Origin: Gammaproteobacteria bacterium
Lineage (GTDB): Bacteria; Pseudomonadota; Gammaproteobacteria; Steroidobacterales; SZUA-146
Reading direction: 5' to 3'
DNA: 52,069 nt
Assembly: GCA_013002925.1 (NCBI GenBank)
Contig: JABDLQ010000165.1
Coordinates: 1 to 52,069 of the forward strand
The notes under the pieces were generated by a model. The model was not told the origin of the DNA. It did no database searches and worked only from the letters and a program-made list of their open reading frames with translations. Both the position numbers and the translations under genes were made by a program. This document shows, piece after piece, positions 1 through 9,594 of the stretch; position 1 is the first letter of the stretch, and every line of letters begins with the position of its first letter.

Positions 1-160
1 CCAGGCGCGATTGGTCTGCTCCGATAATTCAAAACGCTCCCGTAATTCAATCGCGGCTGGAAGCCGTGCAGCCAGAACGGCCGAAGGCCGGGCGAGCAAA
101 TGCCCTTGGGGTGCTCCCTGAACCAGAAGCTGGTTTTCGCGTGGGGTTATTTCAGGATGA

Positions 161-1543
161 TCAGGAATAGATTTTGCGTGGTAACCAGGTGGCCAGTTCA
201 GGCCACAAGGCCAGAAGCATCAGCATGACCACCTGGATGGCAATAAACGGCATGACGCCACGGTAAATTGCACTGGTCGGTACTTCAGGCGGCGCCACTC
301 CGCGAAGATAAAACAACGCAAAGCCAAAAGGCGGGGTCAAAAAAGACGTCTGCAAATTGACGGCAATCATCACGCCAAGCCAGACGGGGTCAACGCCCAT
401 GGCCAACAGCACTGGTCCTACGATCGGAACTACAACAAAGACAATTTCGATAAAGTCCAGAACAAAACCCAGTAAGAACATCAACAACATCACGACAAGC
501 AATGCGCCAACCTTTCCGCCCGGCAAGCTACCAAGCCAGTGATGCACCACATCATCGCCACCAAAACCCCGAAACACCAGGGAAAATACCGACGCACCCA
601 CCAAAATCATGAATACCATGCTGCTGACTTTGGTCGTGCTGCGCACGATGTCGGTTAAGCGCGACCAGGATAACTGTCGACCAGGAATCGCCAGCAACAA
701 CGCCCCCATCGCGCCTACACCGGCAGCTTCGGTCGGCGATGCAATGCCGGCGATGATCGACCCAAGCACTGCAAGAATGAGAACCAGCGGCGGCACCAGC
801 ACTTTGAGCACGCGTAACATCAGGGCGCGATTTGAAATGTCGGGTTTATCGATCGGCGGCATTGACTCCGGCCGGACCATCGCCACGATCAACAGATACA
901 GAATATACAGCACCACCAGGATGAGTCCGGGGAGCAAGGCGCCCATGAACAGATCACCAACGGACACGGCATCCTGTGAAAATAGCCCTTGGCTGCGCTG
1001 GGCTTCCTGATAGGCCGATGACAACACACTACCCAGCAACACCAGCACAATTGATGGTGGAATAATCTGGCCCAGGGTACCCGACGCGCAGATTGCGCCA
1101 CTGGCAATTGCAGGGTCATAACCCCGTTTGAGCATCGCCGGTAATGACAGCAAACCCATTGTAACGACCGTCGCACCCACAATTCCCGTACTCGCCGCCA
1201 GCAGCATACCAACCAGTGTTACGGCAATACCCATGCCGCCGCGCAGCTGGCCAAACATCATCCCCAAAGTATCCAGCAGGTGTTCCGCAATTCTTGCACG
1301 CTCCAGCACCACGCCCATAAAAACGAACATGGGCACCGCGACGAGAATTTCGTTTTTCATCACACCACCATAAAGGCGGTTAGGCATCGTCCCGAGCAGC
1401 GTTGGATCCAGGTCACCGGTCAACAGGCCAACACCACCGACCAGCAAGGACATTCCCGCGAGTGTAAAAGCAACCGGAAAACCTGCCATCAAAACGATGA
1501 TCACAGCGACGAACAACAACATTGGGAAAAATGCCGCGTCCAT
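161..1543 (-). CDS. dctM: TRAP transporter large permease subunit (DctM family)
   Basis: 460-aa polytopic membrane ORF with typical DctM-family sequence (GTLGQIIPPS, many TM segments). The ATG at 1541-1543 directly abuts the dctQ stop, and a GGAGAT RBS lies inside the dctQ 3' end. Confidence 0.9.
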   Translation of the reverse strand: MDAAFFPMLLFVAVIIVLMAGFPVAFTLAGMSLLVGGVGLLTGDLDPTLLGTMPNRLYGGVMKNEILVAVPMFVFMGVVLERARIAEHLLDTLGMMFGQLRGGMGIAVTLVGMLLAASTGIVGATVVTMGLLSLPAMLKRGYDPAIASGAICASGTLGQIIPPSIVLVLLGSVLSSAYQEAQRSQGLFSQDAVSVGDLFMGALLPGLILVVLYILYLLIVAMVRPESMPPIDKPDISNRALMLRVLKVLVPPLVLILAVLGSIIAGIASPTEAAGVGAMGALLLAIPGRQLSWSRLTDIVRSTTKVSSMVFMILVGASVFSLVFRGFGGDDVVHHWLGSLPGGKVGALLVVMLLMFLLGFVLDFIEIVFVVVPIVGPVLLAMGVDPVWLGVMIAVNLQTSFLTPPFGFALFYLRGVAPPEVPTSAIYRGVMPFIAIQVVMLMLLALWPELATWLPRKIYS

Positions 1544-2092
1544 TTAAATCTCCGGCGTGTGATGCGGATGCGTGCCGGATTCCTCGGGGTACCAGCTGCG
1601 CACAATCATCGCGATACCCTGCAGTGCCAACATCACGCAAGCAATCAGAATACTGGTTTTTAACAGCGACGGAAAAGGATACAGGAGCCCGCCTGTTTCG
1701 TGTGACGTTTCGCGATTCGCCCATGACCGCAGCACATAGGACCAGGATGACCAGAAGATAAACGCGGTCGTCGGAAGTAAAAAAAACACGACTCCCAGAG
1801 TATTCACCCAACGTTTCCACGTGTGCGGGAAGCCTCGGTAAAACACATCCACGCGCACATGCTGATCGTCGCCCAACGTATAGGCCGCCCCGAGTAAAAA
1901 CACCAGCGCATGCAAATAGACGGAGACTTCCTGCAACCAGATCCAGCCCACCTGAAACACATGGCGCAGCACGACCACCAGGGCGGTGGTCAGCACCATC
2001 AGTAATGTGGCCCAGGCAACGCCATGGCCAATTTGCCTTGAAAACCGCTCAATGACCGACGCAACTTGTTTAGAAGCTGTCGCAAACCTCAT
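1544..2092 (-). CDS. dctQ: TRAP transporter small permease subunit (DctQ family)
   Basis: 182-aa ORF with four hydrophobic segments, immediately upstream of and abutting dctM. Its start overlaps the stop of the upstream LOG-family gene (ATGA). Confidence 0.8.
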   Translation of the reverse strand: MRFATASKQVASVIERFSRQIGHGVAWATLLMVLTTALVVVLRHVFQVGWIWLQEVSVYLHALVFLLGAAYTLGDDQHVRVDVFYRGFPHTWKRWVNTLGVVFFLLPTTAFIFWSSWSYVLRSWANRETSHETGGLLYPFPSLLKTSILIACVMLALQGIAMIVRSWYPEESGTHPHHTPEI

Positions 2093-2820
2093 AAACTGAG
2101 CATCTTTTCCTGGTCTTCCGGCGACGGATCAAAATCGCGGTCTTTGTAGTAGTTCTGGATGACTTCAAGTACTTCAACCGCGGTATCGACCACATGGAAC
2201 AAATCCACATCGGTGGGACTGATCGTCTGGTTGGCAACCAGCGCATTGCGGAACCAGTCAATCAGGCCTTGCCAAAAATTTGCATCAACGAGAATAACGG
2301 GTATTTTTCGGGTTTTATCGGTTTGTACGAGCGTCAGTATTTCCATGAGCTCATCCATCGTGCCATATCCGCCGGGTAACACCACGTACGCCGATGCATA
2401 TTTGACGAACATTACCTTACGTGAAAAAAAATGCCGGTAGATCAGGCTGACATCCTGATAGGAGTTTGGCGTCTGCTCGCGTGGCAGCAGAATATTCAGC
2501 CCGACGCTCAATGACTCTCCGCCATAAGCGCCCTTGTTCCCCGCCTCCATGATGCCGGGCCCACCGCCGGTAACCACCGCAAAGCCATTATCCGAAAGCA
2601 GCCGGCCGATTGCTTCGGCCAATTGATAGTGAGGGTGATCAACGGGTGTGCGGGCTGACCCGAACAGGCTCACGGAGGGCCGGATCGTTGCCAGCTTTTC
2701 AAAGCCATCGACAAACTCTGCCATTATCTGGAAAATTTTCCAGGACTCGCGATTTAGCAGGGCAAAATCTACCGGTGCGTCACCACGCACCCGGGCCCCG
2801 TTCTTGCGTTTTTTGCTCAT
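2089..2820 (-). CDS. LOG-family (TIGR00730-type) Rossmann-fold nucleotide-monophosphate nucleosidase-like protein
   Basis: 243-aa ORF carrying the LOG hallmark motifs GGGPGIMEA and PGGYGTMDEL. Confidence 0.85.
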   Translation of the reverse strand: MSKKRKNGARVRGDAPVDFALLNRESWKIFQIMAEFVDGFEKLATIRPSVSLFGSARTPVDHPHYQLAEAIGRLLSDNGFAVVTGGGPGIMEAGNKGAYGGESLSVGLNILLPREQTPNSYQDVSLIYRHFFSRKVMFVKYASAYVVLPGGYGTMDELMEILTLVQTDKTRKIPVILVDANFWQGLIDWFRNALVANQTISPTDVDLFHVVDTAVEVLEVIQNYYKDRDFDPSPEDQEKMLSL

Positions 2821-2832
2821 GTAAAGTTATTC

Positions 2833-4284
2833 CTAATTTCGCCAAAAAGTCGGCGTGATCAACACCAGCAAGGTGAATATTTCAAGTCGCCCCAAGAGCA
2901 TTCCCATAATCGCAACCCACTTCGCAACATCATTTACCGAGGAAAAGTTTTCTGCGACACCACCGAGTCCCGGACCCAGGTTGTTCAATGTAGCGGCAAC
3001 GGCGGAAAATGCCGTGACCTGATCAAGACCCGTCGACATCAAAATAATCATCATAAAGGCAAACATGACGACATATACCGAAAAAAAGCCCCACACCGCC
3101 TCGATAACCCGGTCCGGTACTGCCTTGGCGCCGAGTTTTACCGGGGTCTCGGCATTGGGGTGAACGAGTCGAAACAGCTCTCGTATTCCCTGCCGGTAAA
3201 TCAACAGCCAGCGAATCACTTTCATGCCGCCACCGGTTGAACCGGCACAGCCTCCGATAAAACTGCTGAGTATCAGTAACACCGGCAACGCACCCGGCCA
3301 CGCAGAAAAATTGGCGGTCGCAAAACCTGTAGTCGTACCAATCGAGACCGCCTGAAAAATGCTTTTCGTAAGCGTCTCCGGCACACTCTCAAAGGTGCCG
3401 CTGAAAATCAACACGCCGTACGCACTGGCGGACACCATGACGAGTACCACGATAAAGGCGCGAAACTCAGGGTCATGCAGGTAAACCGTTACCTGGCCAT
3501 CGCGCCAGGCGACAAAATGCAGCGAAAAATTCACCCCTGCGATCAGCATGAACAGAATGGCAATCCATTCGATTGCCGCACTGTTAAAATGGCCCATGCT
3601 CGCATCGTGCGTGGAAAAGCCGCCAATGGCGACCGTGCTGAAGGCATGAGAAATTGCATCAAAAATGCTCATGCCCGCTGACCAGTACGCTACACCGCAA
3701 AAAACCGTAATCCCAAGGTAGATGTACCACAATGCCTTGGCAGTCTCGGTGATGCGCGGAGTGAGCTTTGAATCCTTGATGGGCCCCGGCGTTTCGGCGC
3801 GGTACAACTGCATACCACCAACTCCGAGCATCGGCAGCACCGCAACTGCCAGGACAATGATTCCCATGCCGCCGAGCCACTGCAGTTGCTGACGATAATA
3901 GAGTATCGATTTGGGCAGCACATCCAGCCCCTGGATGACCGTCGCGCCCGTTGTGGTCAATCCCGACATCGACTCAAACACCGCATCGGTGAAGTCCATA
4001 TCAGGCACGGTCGCCAGATAAAGAGGCGCCGCACCGACTGTACCGAGCACAAGCCAAAACGACGCCACCACGATGAACCCATCCCGCAACCGCAGTTCTT
4101 CATGACAACGACGGACTGGCCACCAAATCAGCAAGCCAAGCCCCGCCGTCAGGGCAAACGATTCAATAAAGGGCAACCACGCTCCATCGGAATAGATCAC
4201 GCTCACGATAATCGGTGTCAGCATGGAGATGCTGAACACTATGAGCAACAATCCGAGAATTCTCTGAATAACCTTGAAATTCAT
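2833..4284 (-). CDS. trkH: Trk-system potassium uptake membrane protein TrkH
   Basis: 483-aa polytopic ORF with TrkH/KtrB-type repeated pore-loop motifs (TTTGAT, GGFST, TTTGFAT, NNLGPGLG). It lies directly downstream of trkA. Confidence 0.92.
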   Translation of the reverse strand: MNFKVIQRILGLLLIVFSISMLTPIIVSVIYSDGAWLPFIESFALTAGLGLLIWWPVRRCHEELRLRDGFIVVASFWLVLGTVGAAPLYLATVPDMDFTDAVFESMSGLTTTGATVIQGLDVLPKSILYYRQQLQWLGGMGIIVLAVAVLPMLGVGGMQLYRAETPGPIKDSKLTPRITETAKALWYIYLGITVFCGVAYWSAGMSIFDAISHAFSTVAIGGFSTHDASMGHFNSAAIEWIAILFMLIAGVNFSLHFVAWRDGQVTVYLHDPEFRAFIVVLVMVSASAYGVLIFSGTFESVPETLTKSIFQAVSIGTTTGFATANFSAWPGALPVLLILSSFIGGCAGSTGGGMKVIRWLLIYRQGIRELFRLVHPNAETPVKLGAKAVPDRVIEAVWGFFSVYVVMFAFMMIILMSTGLDQVTAFSAVAATLNNLGPGLGGVAENFSSVNDVAKWVAIMGMLLGRLEIFTLLVLITPTFWRN

Positions 4285-4311
4285 GGGCGCTGTATCGTGG
4301 GTACCCGCAGA

Positions 4312-5688
4312 CTAGAAGAAAGTCACGCCGACCTGGAAAAGCTTTTCAACCGCCGAAATTTGCGTGCGGTCGGTCGTAAATAATATGACATGATCGTCGG
4401 CTTCTACGACCGTGTCATGGTGCGCGATGATCACATCATCGCCCCGCACAATCGCGCTGATCTGAGTGCCAGGGGGCAGCGGGATATCTTCAACTGCACG
4501 CCCGACGACCTTGGAACTGCCACTATCGCCATGCGCCACCGCTTCCATCGCTTCAGCGGCTCCACGACGCAGAGTATGCACTTTGGCGACATCGCCTTTG
4601 CGGACGTGCGCCAGCAAAGCACTCAAGGTTATTTGTTGGGGAGATATTGCAATATCGATGGTGTCTGCCTCGACCAGATCTGCATAAGCCGGCCGGTTGA
4701 TCAGGGCCATGACTTTTTTTGCGCCGAGACGCTTTGCCAGCATTGCTGACAATATATTCGCTTCTTCCGAGTTGGTCACTGCGCAAAAAACATCGACATG
4801 ATCGATGTTTTCCTCCAGCAGCAATTCTTTATCGGCGGCATCGCCATGCAACACAATGGCGCTATCCAGGTGCTCTGATATAAATTTTGCCCGGATGCGG
4901 TCGCGCTCGATCAACTTGACTTGATTGGTGCGTTCCAGTGTTTTGGCGAGATTAAAGCCAATGTTGCCGCCGCCGGCCACGATGACACGACGTACCGGTG
5001 CTTCCAGCTTGCGCATCTCGCTCATCACCACCCGAATGTCCTTGCGCGCGGCAATATAGAACACTTCGTCATTTTCCCGGATGACAGTATCGCCATCCGG
5101 GGCGATACTCTTGCCATCCCGATAAATCGCCGCCACCCGGGTGTCGGTATTGGGGATATGCTCAGGCAGGGTTTTCAGCTCCTCCCCTATTAGCATGCCA
5201 TCCTTGTGGGCACGCAGACCCACCAGGCGCACCTTGCCATCGGCGAACTCAAGTACCTGCAACGCACCGGGATAGTGAATCAGACGTTCAATATATTCGG
5301 TGACCAGGTTCTCCGGACTGACGGCCACATCCACAGGCAATGCGTCCTGAGCAAACAGTTTTTCGCTTTTTATGTATTCCAGCGCCCGGATCCGGGCGAT
5401 TTTTGTAGGAGTGTGAAACAGCGTGTACGCCACCTGACAAGCGATCATGTTCGTTTCATCGCTGTTGGTCAGAGCAACGATCATGGTGGCATCACTGGCG
5501 CCCGCTGCCTCCAGAATATCCGGGTACGACGCATGGCCCTGCACTGTGCGCACATCCAGCCGGTCCTGTAGTTCGCGCAACACCTCACCATCAACGTCAA
5601 CAATGGTCACTTCGTTGGATTCTTCCTGCGCCAGATAGTACGCCACCGTGGACCCAACCTGACCAGCGCCGAGGATAATTATTTTCAT
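4312..5688 (-). CDS. trkA: Trk-system potassium uptake NAD-binding protein TrkA
   Basis: 458-aa ORF with two RCK/KTN halves, each with a Rossmann motif (ILGAGQVG at the N-terminus, VAGGGNIG at mid-protein). Confidence 0.93.
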   Translation of the reverse strand: MKIIILGAGQVGSTVAYYLAQEESNEVTIVDVDGEVLRELQDRLDVRTVQGHASYPDILEAAGASDATMIVALTNSDETNMIACQVAYTLFHTPTKIARIRALEYIKSEKLFAQDALPVDVAVSPENLVTEYIERLIHYPGALQVLEFADGKVRLVGLRAHKDGMLIGEELKTLPEHIPNTDTRVAAIYRDGKSIAPDGDTVIRENDEVFYIAARKDIRVVMSEMRKLEAPVRRVIVAGGGNIGFNLAKTLERTNQVKLIERDRIRAKFISEHLDSAIVLHGDAADKELLLEENIDHVDVFCAVTNSEEANILSAMLAKRLGAKKVMALINRPAYADLVEADTIDIAISPQQITLSALLAHVRKGDVAKVHTLRRGAAEAMEAVAHGDSGSSKVVGRAVEDIPLPPGTQISAIVRGDDVIIAHHDTVVEADDHVILFTTDRTQISAVEKLFQVGVTFF

Positions 5689-5745
5689 TGTGCAAACCTG
5701 GTTTGTGCGCGCATGGGGCTCATCGCATCCCGGACAGTGCCGATC

Positions 5746-7953
5746 TTACAATACTTCGAGATTCGCATACGCCAAAACCAACTCTTTCATGCCTACTGAT
5801 TCAAAATTAACCTGTACTCGCGCCTGCGCTCCCTGCCCGGCAAAATTAAGAATCACCCCTTCACCAAATTTACCGTGCTGTACCCGTTGCCCCAGACGAT
5901 AGCCAGCCTGCTGAGTAGCCCCAAAACCAGCCGCTTTCGCCCGTTTGCCTGCACTACCCTGCCCGGGGCGATAGACCGGCCTGCTAACGTGGATCTGCGG
6001 GCGTATTTCTTCCAGCAGCTCATCCGGTATCTCCCCAATAAATCTCGATGGTTGCGAATAGCTATCCGTGCCATGCAAGCGACGCTGCTCGGCATGCGTC
6101 ATGTACAACTGCTGCATCGCGCGGGTTGCACCGACGTAACACAAGCGTCGTTCCTCCTCGAGGCCGGAAGCATCCTGCAAGGAACGCTGATGCGGAAACA
6201 GACCATCTTCCATACCCACCATAAACACCAGCGGAAATTCCAGGCCCTTGGCGGAATGCATTGTCATCATTTGCACACAATCCTCCCACACCGCTCCCTG
6301 GCCCTCACCGCTTTCAAGGCTGGCGTGTGCAAGAAACGCAACTAACGGCGGCAAGTCCTCCTCCATTTCTCCCGGATCAAAACCACGGGCTGCGTTTACC
6401 AACTCATGCAGGTTTTCAACGCGCGCTTCGCCTTTTTCAGTAACGTCCTTCTCATAGTGCGCCAGCAACGTGCTGTTGTAAATTACATGGTCGACCTGCT
6501 CATGCAGCTCCAGACCCTCGATCGCACTACCCATCGAGCGGATTAGCTCGAGAAATGCCCGCACGGCGTTTGCAGTACGAGCCGCAAAGCCGTTTTTTGA
6601 AAGCTCTGCAGCAGCCCGCCACAGCGACATCGAATGAGCTTTAGCGTGCTCGCGTATGCGATCGACCGACTTCGCGCCTATGCCGCGGGTCGGAACATTG
6701 ATGATGCGATCCAAAGCGGTATCGTCATCCCGATGCAGGGCAAGACGCAAATAAGCCAGCGCATCCTTGATTTCAGCGCGTTCAAAAAACCTCAAACCAC
6801 CGTACACACGGTACGGAATGCGGGCGTTGATCAAATACTCTTCAAACACGCGAGACTGCGCGTTTGACCGATACAAAATGGCCACTTCGCTGCGCACACC
6901 ACCCTGCGCCTCCCAATCCCGAATACGGGACGTAACAAATTCAGCCTCGTCCCTTTCGTTATACGCCGAATACACCCGTATCGGCGCACCGCTTTTACCG
7001 TCCGTCCATAAATTTTTTCCCATGCGTGACTGGTTATTGGCAATCAGGGCATTAGCGGCCGCCAGAATTGTACCGGTGGATCGATAGTTTTGCTCCAGGC
7101 GTACTATCCGGGTGCGCGGAAAATCTTTTTCAAAACGATAAATATGTTCGATGCGGGCACCGCGCCAACGATAGATCGACTGATCGTCGTCCCCCACCAC
7201 GAACGGTATGCCCTGTTGCCCCGCGAGCAGTCTCATCCAGCGATACTGGATAGTATTGGTGTCCTGAAATTCATCTACCAGCAGATATTTGAAGCGCTGC
7301 TGATAATGCGCCAGAATTTCCGGATTATCGCTCCACAACTCATAAGCGCGCAGCAGCAATTCGGCAAAGTCGACAACTCCGGCGCGATCACAGGTTTCCT
7401 GGTACACCCGGTAAAACTCATTGAGCTGACGCCTGGCCGGGTCTTCTGACTGCAGTGTCCCGGTGGGTCGCCTGACTTCATTTTTTTGATGATTGATATA
7501 ACTGCGCACTTCTTTGGGGTCCCAGTTGCTATCCTCATACCCCAGGTTTTTTAGCAGACGTTTTATAAAGCGAAGCTGATCATCTGAATCCATGATCTGG
7601 AAAGCCTGAGGCAAACCCACATCCTGCCAATGTGTTCGCAACAGGCGATGAGCAATACCATGAAATGTGCCAACCCATAGTCTTGTGGACGGCATGCCCA
7701 GTATATGTTCGATACGTGCACGCATTTCGGCGGCAGCTTTGTTGGTAAACGTCACCGCCAGCACACTATAAGGTGAGGCCCCCTTTTCGAGCATCAGCCA
7801 GGCAATACGATGAATCAGTACGCGGGTTTTGCCGCTGCCCGCTCCGGCGAGCACCAGCACCGGATCCAGCGGCGCAGACACTGCCTCCTGCTGCTGTGGA
7901 TTGAGCTCCGCCAAAGCGGCGCCGGAATTACGGGACTGCTGGTCAGCAATCAC
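5746..7953 (-). CDS. uvrD: DNA helicase II (UvrD)
   Basis: 735-aa ORF with SF1 helicase motifs: Walker A AGAGSGKT, LVDEFQDTN, QNYRS, and the C-terminal VGATRA region. Confidence 0.93.
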   Translation of the reverse strand: MIADQQSRNSGAALAELNPQQQEAVSAPLDPVLVLAGAGSGKTRVLIHRIAWLMLEKGASPYSVLAVTFTNKAAAEMRARIEHILGMPSTRLWVGTFHGIAHRLLRTHWQDVGLPQAFQIMDSDDQLRFIKRLLKNLGYEDSNWDPKEVRSYINHQKNEVRRPTGTLQSEDPARRQLNEFYRVYQETCDRAGVVDFAELLLRAYELWSDNPEILAHYQQRFKYLLVDEFQDTNTIQYRWMRLLAGQQGIPFVVGDDDQSIYRWRGARIEHIYRFEKDFPRTRIVRLEQNYRSTGTILAAANALIANNQSRMGKNLWTDGKSGAPIRVYSAYNERDEAEFVTSRIRDWEAQGGVRSEVAILYRSNAQSRVFEEYLINARIPYRVYGGLRFFERAEIKDALAYLRLALHRDDDTALDRIINVPTRGIGAKSVDRIREHAKAHSMSLWRAAAELSKNGFAARTANAVRAFLELIRSMGSAIEGLELHEQVDHVIYNSTLLAHYEKDVTEKGEARVENLHELVNAARGFDPGEMEEDLPPLVAFLAHASLESGEGQGAVWEDCVQMMTMHSAKGLEFPLVFMVGMEDGLFPHQRSLQDASGLEEERRLCYVGATRAMQQLYMTHAEQRRLHGTDSYSQPSRFIGEIPDELLEEIRPQIHVSRPVYRPGQGSAGKRAKAAGFGATQQAGYRLGQRVQHGKFGEGVILNFAGQGAQARVQVNFESVGMKELVLAYANLEVL

Positions 7954-7956
7954 GAT

Positions 7957-8961
7957 TCACTCTTGGTCCGGATTACAGATCACGAGTTGATTAGGCTCAC
8001 CGGCTATCACTGCGCGCACATTTTCGCAGCGGGAATAGTCGAGTCCTGACCGGCCGGCGAGGTTATCGCAGCTGGAACCCGACAGTGACTCGATTGTGCC
8101 GAGCATAAACGGCGGTGGCTGCCGATCAAAATCTCCAAGGTTGCGCTCGGTCCGGGCATTGACCATTTGATCGTAGAGGCTCTCCGCCATCTCACAGGCA
8201 CGTTGCCGGCCATCATCATCGAGGCGATCACTCAAGGCGCCTGCGCGCTGATTACTCAGAAATGGATCCCCACCGGCCAGCTCAGCTGCCACTGCCCATG
8301 CGTAGCTCATTTCTTTTGCCGAGTTACCGGAATCCTTGATTGCAAAAAGCTGCTGACGATGTGTGTCATCGAGGTTCGGTCCGTCCGCACGCATCACATC
8401 GATGCGGCTATACAGTTTGACAATCTGCTGCATCGCATTGACGGAACCGCTCGCAGCGGCTTTTTGATAGAGTTCGAGCGCTTCTGCCGGACGGGTTTTG
8501 GCCAGTCGCTCGGCCAGGAACTGTTGCGCCCAGATGTCGCCATTGTCAGCAAATGCGCGCAGCGTAGCGTCGTCATATTCCTGGTAGGGCTGCTCCAGCA
8601 AATACGTGCCGGTCTGGTCGGAAAACGCATAACCACGGCCCTTGTACCATTCGGCGAGTCGTTCTTCGATGTTGTCGAGGCCCAGCCGGCTCATTGTCTC
8701 CATAAAGTTGGCGCCTGGCTCGATCTCGATCTCTCGAACCGGTGCGCCATCGCTATCCTCCGGGGCCGGGAGCGGATCCTCGGGTGCCGGCATGGTTTGC
8801 GCAACAATCGGCGCAGCGGGTGGCGGATCCGGTGTCATCGCCACAGGCGACTCTGGCTCCTGCACTACGCTGCCTTTATCCGGTTCCGGCTCATTTTGAT
8901 AAAACACGACAATAGCGGCAGCTACCAGCGCAACGACAAGCAATGCTATTACCGGGCGCAT
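7957..8961 (-). CDS. Hypothetical exported or membrane-anchored protein with Pro-rich linker and Sel1/TPR-like repeat region
   Basis: 334-aa ORF. It has an N-terminal hydrophobic anchor (VIALLVVALVAAAIVVF) and a Pro/Glu-rich linker. A helical region follows with Sel1-like signatures (AQQFLAERLA...ALELYQKAAASGSVNAMQQIVKLY). A GGAAG RBS lies 5 nt upstream of the ATG. The stop is 3 nt from the uvrD ATG. Confidence 0.6.
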   Translation of the reverse strand: MRPVIALLVVALVAAAIVVFYQNEPEPDKGSVVQEPESPVAMTPDPPPAAPIVAQTMPAPEDPLPAPEDSDGAPVREIEIEPGANFMETMSRLGLDNIEERLAEWYKGRGYAFSDQTGTYLLEQPYQEYDDATLRAFADNGDIWAQQFLAERLAKTRPAEALELYQKAAASGSVNAMQQIVKLYSRIDVMRADGPNLDDTHRQQLFAIKDSGNSAKEMSYAWAVAAELAGGDPFLSNQRAGALSDRLDDDGRQRACEMAESLYDQMVNARTERNLGDFDRQPPPFMLGTIESLSGSSCDNLAGRSGLDYSRCENVRAVIAGEPNQLVICNPDQE

Positions 8962-9594
8962 AACACTTCCGAAGCCGATGGCATCATCGCCACGCCAGTG
9001 CCATTGTCACCTGCGCAATAAAGCGCACCAGATGGCTGACCTGACAACCGTTTTAACCTGTCGCGATTCATTAACCCTTCATTTCCAAAAAAATGTTCAT
9101 ACCGCCGACCATCACTGCAATCGCCGGACCCTGTGTTGCTGCGACTACACTCATCATCAGTGACGCAGCGCTGCCATTATGGGCCACAGTCAGACCCAGC
9201 GGCAATGCCTATTTAACCAGCGCGGCATCAATACTGTTCTGCAGCGCTAAAACTATCAGGATCGCGCCAGGGCATGCCCGGAAAGCGCGCACTCTTTACA
9301 ACATGAGCGCGTTCCGAACCCGCCTGTCAACGGCTTCATTGTACCGGCGCGGTGACCGTAGTGAATTGCCAAGCGAACACGGAGGGCGAATACGCAACTG
9401 CGACAGTCAACGTCGAACCTGGAACCTACGGCAAAACCGCGCAGATTCCACGTGGTCCGGCACCCACGGATTCTGACGCGGAAGATGACCCGGTCGCCGC
9501 AGCCCTGGGTCGGCCTCCCGGATCCATACACACGCGGATGTTTTACGCCACGCCAACCCGGCCGTATCAAGGACCCTGTAGTGATTACGCTGCA

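Noticed and set aside
1-170. Open reading frames at the 5' window edge. One is a plus-strand frame ending at the TAG at 168-170. The other is a minus-strand frame reading ...AIELRERFELSEQTNRAW.
   Set aside because: Both frames are open for the whole 160 nt, and neither gives a recognisable protein or a clear start. There is too little sequence to call a gene or to decide whether a dctP follows dctM.
8962-9594. Possibility that the ORF-poor gap encodes RNase P RNA, tmRNA or a tRNA.
   Set aside because: I could not find the conserved RNase P motifs (GAGGAAAGUCC, ACAGAACCCGGCUUA), a tmRNA 3' end (GGUUCAACUCCCGCCAGCUCCACCA) or a tag reading frame, or any cloverleaf. The region remains unexplained; see the findings.
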